Source: Bacillota bacterium (lineage in GTDB: Bacteria > Bacillota > Proteinivoracia > UBA4975 > VEMY01). From it: DNA of 64,000 nt. Both the position numbers and the translations under genes were made by a program. The notes below the pieces were generated by a model. That model ran no database searches, was not told the origin of the DNA, and worked only from the letters and a program-made list of their open reading frames with translations. This document shows positions 27,428 to 35,742 of this stretch, one piece after another. The stretch's first letter is position 1. Each line of letters starts with the position of its first letter. Location of the stretch: positions 64,976 through 128,975 of the forward strand of contig VEMY01000021.1 of the NCBI GenBank assembly GCA_009711825.1, in the 5' to 3' direction.

Positions 27428-29757
27428 AAATAGCGGTGGGTAACAGTCGTATGGATAAGAAGTGGAAAAACAAGGACATTTCATGGGAGGAATTCAAGAA
27501 CACTGTCCGCACCACAAAACGCACGACGGAGACAGTGTCCGAGTTTCGCAAAATGAGCAAGCCCCAGCAGGATGAGGTCAAAGACATCGGCGGTTTCGTG
27601 GGCGGTGCTCTGCGGGAAGGAAAGCGCAGGAACGGTTACGTTATATGCCGATCCCTGCTGACCCTCGACATGGACTATGCTACCTCCGACATCTGGGGGC
27701 AGATAGAAGCGCTTTATGATTGGTCGTGCTGTGTCTACTCTACCCATAAGCATACACCGGAAGCACCTCGCCTGCGGCTGGTCGTTCCCCTTGCCCGGGA
27801 GGTCAGCGAAGATGAATATCCAGCATTGGGACGAATGGTAGCAAAGGAAATCGGTATTGATTTGTTTGACGACACGACATACGAACCCTCACGGCTGATG
27901 TATTGGCCATCCACACCCTCTGACGGCGAGTTTGTGTTTTGTGAAAAGGAAGGCGAGCTGCTTGATCCCGATGTTTACCTCTCCAAATACGCTGATTGGC
28001 GGGACACCTCCATGTGGCCTACCTCGAAACGGCAGTCGGAGGTGCTGGAGCGCAGGCTAAAACAGCAGCAGGACCCCCTTGCCAAAGGTGGTGTAGTCGG
28101 CGCCTTCTGCCGGGCTTATTCCATAGAGGATGCAATCGAAGCATTCCTTTCAGATGTGTACGAGCCTTCGACTATGGCAGGCCGCTATGATTATATTCCC
28201 GCCGACAGTTCGGCAGGTGTGGTGGTCTACGACGGTAAGTTCGCCTACAGTCACCACGCTACAGACCCGGTGTGTGGAAAGCTGCTCAATGCCTTTGACC
28301 TGGTGCGGCTCCATAAATTCAGTGAACTTGATGAAAAGGCATCTTTTAGAGCCATGTCCGATTTCGCTGTTAAGGATGAGCGTGTTAAGGTGCAGCTTGC
28401 CGAGGAGCGCCGGGCGCAGGCGGAAGCCGAATTTACCGATGAAGACAACTGGCAGAGCCAGCTTGAACTAGATAAAACGGGTGCTGTAAAGGACACGCTT
28501 ACCAATATCTCCATCATCCTGCGATTTGACCCAAATCTAAAGTCCATTGTGTTCAACCAGTTTAAGAACATGATCGACGTCATCGGCGAACTCCCCTGGC
28601 CCCAGGTGAAGCCCGGCTGGAGTGATACCGACCTTGCCTGCGCCAAGCTGTACTTCGAGCGCAGCTATGGGATTTGGTCACCAACTAAATTTAAGGATGC
28701 CCTGCTGGGCGTAGTTTCCGTGGAGCGGCTGTATCATCCGGTCAAGGAATACCTTGGCAAGCTATCCTGGGATGGCACCGAGCGGCTGGACACCCTGCTC
28801 ATCGACTATCTAGGCGCAGATGACACGCCCTATGTCCGGGCAGTGACAAGAAAAACCTTGGTGGCGGCAGTTGCCCGCATCTATCAGCCGGGAATAAAGT
28901 TTGATTCCATCCTTGTGCTAAACGGTGCACAGGGTATCGGTAAATCCACGCTCTTTGCCCGGTTGGGTGGCCAGTGGTACTCCGATTCCCTTGCTATATC
29001 CGATATGAAGGATAAGACTGCGCCGGAGAAGCTGCAGGGCTATTGGATATTGGAGCTGGGCGAACTGGCGGGTATTAAGAAAATGGATGTGGAGACGGTA
29101 AAATCCTTCATTACCCGTGTAGACGACAAATATCGACAATCCTACGGTGTCACAGTGGAAAGCCATCCGCGCTCCTGCATTATCGTCGGCACCACCAACA
29201 GCGATGGTGGATTCTTAAGGGACATTACTGGGAACCGCCGCTTCTGGCCGGTACGGGTACAGGGCGCGGGCAAGTACCACGCATGGGAACTGACCGATGT
29301 TGACCAAATTTGGGCTGAAGCCATTGAACGCTATAACGAGGGTGAGGAGTTATTCCTTAAAGGTAGCCTTGCGGAGGAAGCCGTCACCCAGCAGCGCGAT
29401 GCCATGGAGGGTGACGACCGTGAAGGTCTGGTAGCTGAATACCTCGATACTTTGTTGCCGGAAAACTGGGACGGCATGGACTTATATGCCCGCCGGAATT
29501 TCTTAAATGGCGGTGAATTTGGAGGAGATACGCCCAAAGGAACGCTGCGGCGTAAACAAGTCTGCATTATGGAGATATGGTGCGAGTGTTTTTGCAAAAA
29601 CCGCGAAGCCATCAAGAAGGCTGATTCATACGAGATTGAGGGCATTCTGGGCAAGATCGGTGGTTGGGAGAAGTTCACTGGTAACAAGACGGGCAAAAAG
29701 AATCTGTCCCTTTATGGTCCCCAGCGGGTGTTCGTCCGCTCCGAAAAGGAGGTGTAG
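27424..29757 (+). CDS. Phage/plasmid primase-helicase (VirE / P4-type)
   Basis: ATG at 27424 (Shine-Dalgarno AGGAGGTG). P-loop NGAQGIGKST. Paralog of 562..2916. Confidence 0.85.
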   Translation: MKIAVGNSRMDKKWKNKDISWEEFKNTVRTTKRTTETVSEFRKMSKPQQDEVKDIGGFVGGALREGKRRNGYVICRSLLTLDMDYATSDIWGQIEALYDWSCCVYSTHKHTPEAPRLRLVVPLAREVSEDEYPALGRMVAKEIGIDLFDDTTYEPSRLMYWPSTPSDGEFVFCEKEGELLDPDVYLSKYADWRDTSMWPTSKRQSEVLERRLKQQQDPLAKGGVVGAFCRAYSIEDAIEAFLSDVYEPSTMAGRYDYIPADSSAGVVVYDGKFAYSHHATDPVCGKLLNAFDLVRLHKFSELDEKASFRAMSDFAVKDERVKVQLAEERRAQAEAEFTDEDNWQSQLELDKTGAVKDTLTNISIILRFDPNLKSIVFNQFKNMIDVIGELPWPQVKPGWSDTDLACAKLYFERSYGIWSPTKFKDALLGVVSVERLYHPVKEYLGKLSWDGTERLDTLLIDYLGADDTPYVRAVTRKTLVAAVARIYQPGIKFDSILVLNGAQGIGKSTLFARLGGQWYSDSLAISDMKDKTAPEKLQGYWILELGELAGIKKMDVETVKSFITRVDDKYRQSYGVTVESHPRSCIIVGTTNSDGGFLRDITGNRRFWPVRVQGAGKYHAWELTDVDQIWAEAIERYNEGEELFLKGSLAEEAVTQQRDAMEGDDREGLVAEYLDTLLPENWDGMDLYARRNFLNGGEFGGDTPKGTLRRKQVCIMEIWCECFCKNREAIKKADSYEIEGILGKIGGWEKFTGNKTGKKNLSLYGPQRVFVRSEKEV

Positions 29758-29905
29758 GCATATGCTCAACATTCCAGCTATGCCAAAACCCCATACCATG
29801 GGCAGGGCCGCAAGCCCCATATTTACCAGCCTTCTTGCTTTGCCTGTTCCCATTGTGCCTAAAAATCATCTATTAAATGTTGTAGTTATAAGTAATAAAG
29901 GGATA

Positions 29906-29969
29906 ATGGGCACGTGTAAGCGCGTATACGCGCGTAAGAGTTTAAAGTGCTTGGGCACAGACATGGGCA
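29906..29969. repeat. Putative origin region of prophage B: TGGGCAC at 29906, 29951 and 29963 (variant at 29797) plus a 14-bp perfect palindrome GCGCGTATACGCGC (29919-29932)
   Basis: Read directly from the sequence. Occupies the same primase-to-VRR-NUC interval as the iterons of element A. Confidence 0.5.
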
Positions 29970-29982
29970 CAAGGAGGTTCTT

Positions 29983-30264
29983 ATGCGCGAGAAACTGATA
30001 GAACAAAAACTTGTCCGGGCTGTGAAAATGGCTGGAGGGCTTGCCTTGAAGCTTGTATCGCCTGGATTTGATGGAATGCCCGACCGCCTTATACTTTTAC
30101 CCGGTGGAAAGATGGCCTTTGTCGAGGTAAAGGCCCATGGAATGAAACCCCGGCCTTTGCAGACTCGCAGGCATGGAATGCTCAAGCGGCTGGAATTTAA
30201 GGTTTATGTCATTGACGATGAAGTGCAGATTGGAGGGATACTTGATGAAATACAATCCACATGA
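29983..30264 (+). CDS. VRR-NUC domain nuclease
   Basis: ATG at 29983 (Shine-Dalgarno AAGGAGG). GMPDRLILLPGGKMAFVEVKAHG. Confidence 0.75.
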   Translation: MREKLIEQKLVRAVKMAGGLALKLVSPGFDGMPDRLILLPGGKMAFVEVKAHGMKPRPLQTRRHGMLKRLEFKVYVIDDEVQIGGILDEIQST

Positions 30265-31600
30265 ATATCAGGTTTTTGCTACTGAGTATATCCTCCAGAA
30301 TCCCATTTCCGCAATCCTGCTGGATATGGGTCTTGGCAAGTCAGTAATTACACTGACCGCTGTCTTTGACCTGACGCTGGACAGCTTTCAAATCCGTAAG
30401 GTGCTGGTTATCGCCCCGCTGCGAGTCGCCCGTTATACATGGCCTGCCGAGATTGAGAAATGGGACCACCTGCACGGGCTGAAATATTCGGTTGCCATCG
30501 GAAACGAGCGAGAGCGCAAGGCGGCTCTCCTGCAAAAAGCTCAAGTCTACCTCATCAACCGGGAGAACGTAGAATGGTTGGTACAAAAGAGCGGGCTTCC
30601 CTTTGACTACGATATGGTGGTGGTCGATGAGTTGTCCTCCTTTAAGTCCCATCAGTCGAAAAGGTTTAAGAGTTTTATGAAAGTCCGGCCTTTAGTAAAA
30701 AGGATGGTTGGCTTAACCGGCACTCCTTCCACAAATGGTTTGATGGATTTATGGGCAGAATATCGGCTTTTGGATATGGGCCATCGGCTGGGACGCTTTA
30801 TTGGACAGTACCGAAGTGCTTTCTTTGTACCCGACAAGCGCAATGGCCAGGTAGTATTTTCCTACAAGCCAAAGCCTGGCGCGGATGATGTTATTTACCG
30901 CCTTATTTCCGACATTACCATCAGCATGAAGAATACCGACTACTTGAAGCTGCCGGAACTGGTGATGAACGAGGTTCGCGTTAAAATGTCGCCCATTGAG
31001 GAGAAACACTACCGGACCATGAAGGATGAGATGGTGTTGTCCTTAAAGGGCAAGGAGATTGATGCTGCCAACGCGGCGGCCTTATCTGGGAAGCTCCTGC
31101 AGATGGCAAACGGTGCTGTCTATGACGAGAGCCACGGGGTGGCCCACCTGCATGACCGTAAACTGGACACCCTTGAGGATTTGATTGAAGCCGCCAACGG
31201 CAAGCCTGTCCTTATCGCTTACTGGTTCAAGCATGACCTGGAGCGGATACTGGAGCGTTTCCCAGCGGAACGACTGGACAGTGCCCATTCCATCAAACGA
31301 TGGAATGATGGCGAAATCCCTGTGGCTGTTATCCATCCGGCTTCTGCCGGGCACGGACTGAACTTGCAGGCTGGCGGCTCTGCCCTGGTTTGGTTCTCAC
31401 TGACGTGGAGCCTGGAACTCTACCAGCAGACCAATGCCAGGCTCTGGCGGCAGGGGCAAAAGAACACGGTGGTTATCCACCATATCATCGCCGAAGGCAC
31501 GATTGACGAGCAGGTTATGAAAGCCCTGCGGCAAAAGGATAAAACCCAGACTGCATTAATTGATGCGGTAAAAGCAGCGTTGAAGGAGGATTGCGTATGA
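30245..31600 (+). CDS. SNF2-family DNA helicase
   Basis: ATG at 30245. DMGLGKS (motif I), VVVDELSSFK (DExx box), C-terminal helicase domain. Confidence 0.85.
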   Translation: MKYNPHEYQVFATEYILQNPISAILLDMGLGKSVITLTAVFDLTLDSFQIRKVLVIAPLRVARYTWPAEIEKWDHLHGLKYSVAIGNERERKAALLQKAQVYLINRENVEWLVQKSGLPFDYDMVVVDELSSFKSHQSKRFKSFMKVRPLVKRMVGLTGTPSTNGLMDLWAEYRLLDMGHRLGRFIGQYRSAFFVPDKRNGQVVFSYKPKPGADDVIYRLISDITISMKNTDYLKLPELVMNEVRVKMSPIEEKHYRTMKDEMVLSLKGKEIDAANAAALSGKLLQMANGAVYDESHGVAHLHDRKLDTLEDLIEAANGKPVLIAYWFKHDLERILERFPAERLDSAHSIKRWNDGEIPVAVIHPASAGHGLNLQAGGSALVWFSLTWSLELYQQTNARLWRQGQKNTVVIHHIIAEGTIDEQVMKALRQKDKTQTALIDAVKAALKEDCV

Positions 31601-32055
31601 ATATCGTTTGGCAGTATTTAGATAAAAAAGCGGCGGCAATTAACGCTTTGAAAGACTATAGCAGCATGCAGTACATTATTGACCACACCGATGAAGAGAT
31701 TGCAGGCATCCAAGAAAGAATGAATTCTCCAAGAAGCCCCAAGCTAACTGGAATGCCGTCAGCACATGACCCCAAAGCGGGTGAAAACAAGCTGGCTGCA
31801 TGTATTGATGAAATCGATGTTCTAAAAGAGCGTTACAGGCAAGCTCTGGAATACATGAATTGGTTTCAGCCTGCCTGGGAAGCACTCTCTGAAGAAGAGA
31901 GATTTGTTCTGCAGGAATTCTATCTGAACGTGGAACACAAACAAATCCAAGCGGTATTAAACATTTGCGATCGGTTCAACATTGAGCGGTCTTCCGCCTA
32001 CAATAAGAAAAACCGTGCGCTGCAGCATCTGGCACTACTCTTGTATGGCAAATGA
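31597..32055 (+). CDS. Putative late-gene transcriptional activator (ArpU/RinA-like, sigma-like)
   Basis: 152 aa. ATGA start-stop overlap with the SNF2 gene. Last gene before the packaging block. The family call rests on weak similarity and position. Confidence 0.4.
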   Translation: MNIVWQYLDKKAAAINALKDYSSMQYIIDHTDEEIAGIQERMNSPRSPKLTGMPSAHDPKAGENKLAACIDEIDVLKERYRQALEYMNWFQPAWEALSEEERFVLQEFYLNVEHKQIQAVLNICDRFNIERSSAYNKKNRALQHLALLLYGK

Positions 32056-32056
32056 G

Positions 32057-32087
32057 TAATTTCGCGGACGATTTTTTAATTTCGCGG
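32057..32087. promoter_or_regulatory. Two direct repeats TAATTTCGCGG, 20 bp apart, upstream of the packaging operon
   Basis: Repeats at 32057-32067 and 32077-32087, followed by an AT-rich TATA tract. A terminator-like hairpin lies at about 32125-32160. Confidence 0.4.
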
Positions 32088-32175
32088 TGTTATTATAGTA
32101 TTATCGAAAACTATGCAATAGCCTTCTCGGGAATACCCGCGAGGGCTTTTTGTTTGCCGAAAAAGAGGTGACCCA

Positions 32176-32532
32176 ATGCCCTACAAACCCAAACGGCCAT
32201 GTTCCCACTCAGGTTGTCCGAAATTGACAGACGGCAGGTTCTGTGCGGAGCATGCCAAGATGGAGGCTAAACGATACGAGCGATACCAGCGTGACCCTGC
32301 TGTAAAGAAACGCTACGGCAGGACTTGGAAGCGAATCCGAGACAGGTACATTGCCGCCCATCCCCTTTGCGAGCAGTGTGAAAAGCATGGACGGCTGACA
32401 CCCGCCGAGGAAGTACACCACATTAAGCCGCTTTCTCAAGGCGGCACAAACGACTATGCCAACCTTATGGCCTTGTGTACCCCCTGTCATTCCGGGATTA
32501 CTGCCCGCGAAGGCGGACGCTGGGGACGGTAG
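32176..32532 (+). CDS. HNH endonuclease
   Basis: 118 aa. CxxC...HHIKPLSQGGTNDYANLMALCTPCH. Confidence 0.8.
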   Translation: MPYKPKRPCSHSGCPKLTDGRFCAEHAKMEAKRYERYQRDPAVKKRYGRTWKRIRDRYIAAHPLCEQCEKHGRLTPAEEVHHIKPLSQGGTNDYANLMALCTPCHSGITAREGGRWGR

Positions 32533-32648
32533 GGGCGGTCAAAATCTCTATGACCCTCTTCCCGTGCAACGGGCGGGGGGTCACGCGCGCAAAAATTGCA
32601 GTTCAAACGGGGGATTAACCCGCCACAGCAAGGAGGAGGTGACGACGC

Positions 32649-33227
32649 GTGGCAAAAGACGGAACCAACAGAGGCGGCAGGCGCGTCCGAGCAGGCGATA
32701 AGCCGCAGCCCCTTGCAGATAAAATTACAAAAGGCAAGGCTGCAAAAGTGCTTGAAGTGCCGGACATTCACCCTGAATCGATGCTGGAAGCAGAAGATCT
32801 GGACGGAGCCGCCGACTTATACGGCGAGGATATGCCGACCCCGAGCGATTACCTTAGCTCAAGGCAGAAAGATGGTAAGCCCCTGGGTGCAGATGCTCTA
32901 TTCATAGAAACATGGAGATGGCTCAAGGAGCGCGGATGTGAGAAATTCGTCAATCCAAGGCTCATCGAAGCATATGCACAGGCATTTACCCGCTACATTC
33001 AGTGCGAGGAAGCCATAAGCACATACGGGCTTTTGGGGAAGCACCCAACTACAGGCGGTGCCATAACCAGTCCCTTTGTGCAGATGAGTCAGTCGTTTCA
33101 AAAACAGGCAAACCTGCTCTGGTATGAGATTTTCGACATCGTCAAGCAAAACTGCACCACAGCTTTTGTGGGAAACCCACAGGACGACATTATGGAAGCC
33201 CTCTTATCGGGCAGGAAAGGACGGTAA
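32649..33227 (+). CDS. Terminase small subunit (P27 family-like)
   Basis: 192 aa. ETWRWL...YAQAFTRYIQCEEAI...SPFVQMSQ matches the P27 terS pattern as recalled. Sits next to the HNH gene. Confidence 0.65.
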   Translation: MAKDGTNRGGRRVRAGDKPQPLADKITKGKAAKVLEVPDIHPESMLEAEDLDGAADLYGEDMPTPSDYLSSRQKDGKPLGADALFIETWRWLKERGCEKFVNPRLIEAYAQAFTRYIQCEEAISTYGLLGKHPTTGGAITSPFVQMSQSFQKQANLLWYEIFDIVKQNCTTAFVGNPQDDIMEALLSGRKGR

Positions 33228-33233
33228 CAATAT

Positions 33234-34475
33234 ATGAACACAACCGAGCGTTTTGAAAAAGTGAATATAGACCGGCTGGTGCCGTATGTCCGAAATGCCC
33301 GCACCCACAGCAAGGAGCAGATTCTCCAGCTTCGGGCTTCCTTACGGGAATTTGGCTTTGTCAATCCGGCCATCGTGGACAAGGATTTAAACGTCATTGC
33401 AGGCCATGGCAGAATCATGGCCGCCAAGGAGGAAGGCATTACAGAGGTTCCCTGCGTATTTGCAGAACACCTGACTGAAGCCCAGAAACGGGCCTATATC
33501 ATCGCGGACAACCGTCTAGCTTTGAACGCTGGCTGGGATGCTGAGATGCTGTCAGTGGAGATTGCGGATTTGCAGGGGTCGGATTTTGATATCAACCTTC
33601 TTGGTTTCGATGATGCGGAGTTAAATAAGCTGCTGGGCAGTGTGGAAGATGTCAAGGACGACGATTTCGACGTGGAGAGAGAACTGCAAAAGCCTGCCAT
33701 CACAAAGCCGGGTGACCTATGGCTTCTTGGAAAACACCGTCTTGTTTGCGGTGACAGTACAAAGCCCGATACCTTTACCCTGCTCATGGACGGCAAACTG
33801 GCTAACCTTGTGGTGACCGACCCTCCATATAATGTGAATTATGAAGGCACTGCGGGCAAAATCAAAAACGACAACATGGCTGGCGATAAGTTTTATCAAT
33901 TCCTACTGGAGGCTTTTATCCTTACTGAAAAAGCAATGGCAAAAGATGCCAGCATCTATGTGTTCCACGCTGACACTGAGGGATTAAACTTCCGCAGGGC
34001 GTTTTCTGACGCTGGCTTTTACCTGTCTGGAACTTGCATCTGGAAGAAGCAGTCGCTGGTATTGGGGCGCTCGCCCTACCAGTGGCAGCACGAGCCGATA
34101 CTCTTTGGCTGGAAGAAGGCTGGTAAGCACGCCTGGTACTCCGACCGTAAGCAGTCCACCATCTGGGAGTTTGACAAACCCAGGAAGAATGCCGACCACC
34201 CCACCATGAAGCCGGTGCCGCTGATTGCTTATCCCATCCTGAACTCCAGTCTGACGGGCTGTATCGTGCTTGATCCCTTCGGTGGTTCAGGTAGCACTCT
34301 TATCGCCTGTGAGCAAACAGATAGGGTTTGCCACACAGTAGAACTGGACGAAAAGTTCTGTGATGTGATCGTCAAAAGGTACATCGAGCAGGCAGGTGGT
34401 ACGGAGAATGTGTTTCTCATCCGTGACGGCGTTAAAACAGCGTACATGGATGTACCGGGGGGAGCGGCGGAATAA
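33234..34475 (+). CDS. ParB-like nuclease domain fused to a DNA methyltransferase (N6-A/N4-C type)
   Basis: 413 aa. N-terminal ParB domain (VRNARTHSKEQI), methyltransferase motif IV VVTDPPY, and an AdoMet-binding DPFGGSGST motif. Confidence 0.8.
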   Translation: MNTTERFEKVNIDRLVPYVRNARTHSKEQILQLRASLREFGFVNPAIVDKDLNVIAGHGRIMAAKEEGITEVPCVFAEHLTEAQKRAYIIADNRLALNAGWDAEMLSVEIADLQGSDFDINLLGFDDAELNKLLGSVEDVKDDDFDVERELQKPAITKPGDLWLLGKHRLVCGDSTKPDTFTLLMDGKLANLVVTDPPYNVNYEGTAGKIKNDNMAGDKFYQFLLEAFILTEKAMAKDASIYVFHADTEGLNFRRAFSDAGFYLSGTCIWKKQSLVLGRSPYQWQHEPILFGWKKAGKHAWYSDRKQSTIWEFDKPRKNADHPTMKPVPLIAYPILNSSLTGCIVLDPFGGSGSTLIACEQTDRVCHTVELDEKFCDVIVKRYIEQAGGTENVFLIRDGVKTAYMDVPGGAAE

Positions 34476-34566
34476 TATTTGCTCATTATTTAAATAAACA
34501 ACTTGCTATTTCACAGCTTTAGAGTGATATATGTAAGCACCAAAGAAGCAAAGGAGGCTTACAAAG

Positions 34567-35229
34567 ATGGAAATCAGATTCAACGTAACAGGCACGCGGC
34601 GCAAGGAACTGGTGAACGCGATCACCGAGGTTACAGACACTCCGGCCAACTATAAGGGTGCGCCGACCTTCGCCTATGAAATAGGCGACTTTACCGTAAA
34701 CAAGGAGGGAACGCTCTCCTTTGACAGCATGACGGACAGCGACTTGGTTGAAAGGCTGCTTAATGAGCTTGCCGAGCGGGGTTTCGAGTGCGAAACCGAC
34801 GATCTCCTGACCATTGAGATGCCGCTGGAGGGCTTTACCGAAGCGGCTCTTGAGAACCTCGACAGGCTCATTGCAAGCAAAGCAGAACTTATTAAGAAAG
34901 CAATTGGAGCGGACGCACTGCCTGTGGAACGGACGGAAACAACATTAAAGTTTCCATGGTTCAGGTTTGATGCCGACGGTGAAACGGTCACCGCCTACTC
35001 CCGCTTTATTGGTGCCCTTTGCGCGGCAGCAAAGGAACAGAAGCGAGTGACTGCCAAGGAAAAGCCGGTAGAAAATGAGAAGTTTGCTTTCCGGGTGTTC
35101 CTCATCCGGCTGGGCTTTGTGGGCGATGAGTATAAGGCGGCGCGTAGAATTCTATTGAAGAACCTTTCCGGCAACAGCGCGTTCAAAAGCGGCAAGCCGC
35201 CTAAAGCGGAGGTGACCGCCGATGAATAA
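34567..35229 (+). CDS. Hypothetical phage protein
   Basis: 220-aa ORF with a good Shine-Dalgarno (AAAGGAGG). Confidence 0.5.
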   Translation: MEIRFNVTGTRRKELVNAITEVTDTPANYKGAPTFAYEIGDFTVNKEGTLSFDSMTDSDLVERLLNELAERGFECETDDLLTIEMPLEGFTEAALENLDRLIASKAELIKKAIGADALPVERTETTLKFPWFRFDADGETVTAYSRFIGALCAAAKEQKRVTAKEKPVENEKFAFRVFLIRLGFVGDEYKAARRILLKNLSGNSAFKSGKPPKAEVTADE

Positions 35230-35476
35230 CTTTCCCTCCAGAGATATTGTGGAGCAACTGCGAAAGCAGTATCCCCACGGTACCCGTGTGGAACTGGTCA
35301 GGATGAACGACCCATATTCCAGACTGAGGCCTGGCGATAAGGGAACTGTGGACTTCGTTGACGACACGGGAACTCTATTCTGCATCTGGGACTGCGGCTC
35401 CACCCTTGGTGTTGTCTACGGTGAGGATATAGTGAAAAAGCTAGCGGTTGAAATGGAGGACACCATTCATGAATGA
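35222..35476 (+). CDS. Hypothetical small phage protein
   Basis: 84 aa, coupled to neighbouring genes by overlaps. Confidence 0.45.
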   Translation: MNNFPSRDIVEQLRKQYPHGTRVELVRMNDPYSRLRPGDKGTVDFVDDTGTLFCIWDCGSTLGVVYGEDIVKKLAVEMEDTIHE

Positions 35477-35657
35477 AAAAATTAAAGAGCAAATCCTTTC
35501 CATTAGGGCAAGCGGAGTCACAAACATGTTTGACCTTCACCGCGTTCAGTATGAAGCATATCTGCGTGGCTTTCATGAACTGGTGCTTTACCTGAAGGAC
35601 CATAAGGGCGAATACAGCCGCTTTATCCTGACAGGCGAGGACGGCGAAAAAGAATAA
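35448..35657 (+). CDS. Hypothetical small phage protein
   Basis: 69 aa. Confidence 0.4.
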   Translation: MKWRTPFMNEKIKEQILSIRASGVTNMFDLHRVQYEAYLRGFHELVLYLKDHKGEYSRFILTGEDGEKE

Positions 35658-35742
35658 CAACAAAGTGCCAAGGCAAACGGAAACAGGGCTTCCTCGGAGG
35701 CTCTTTTCTTTTGCCTTTATTCACCGTAAGGAGGCGGTACCT

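Noticed and set aside
29507-29998. 163-aa plus-strand ORF overlapping the primase 3' end and the origin-like region
   Set aside because: Different frame from the motif-rich primase, and Arg/Ser-rich. The VRR-NUC gene has its own Shine-Dalgarno and ATG at 29983.
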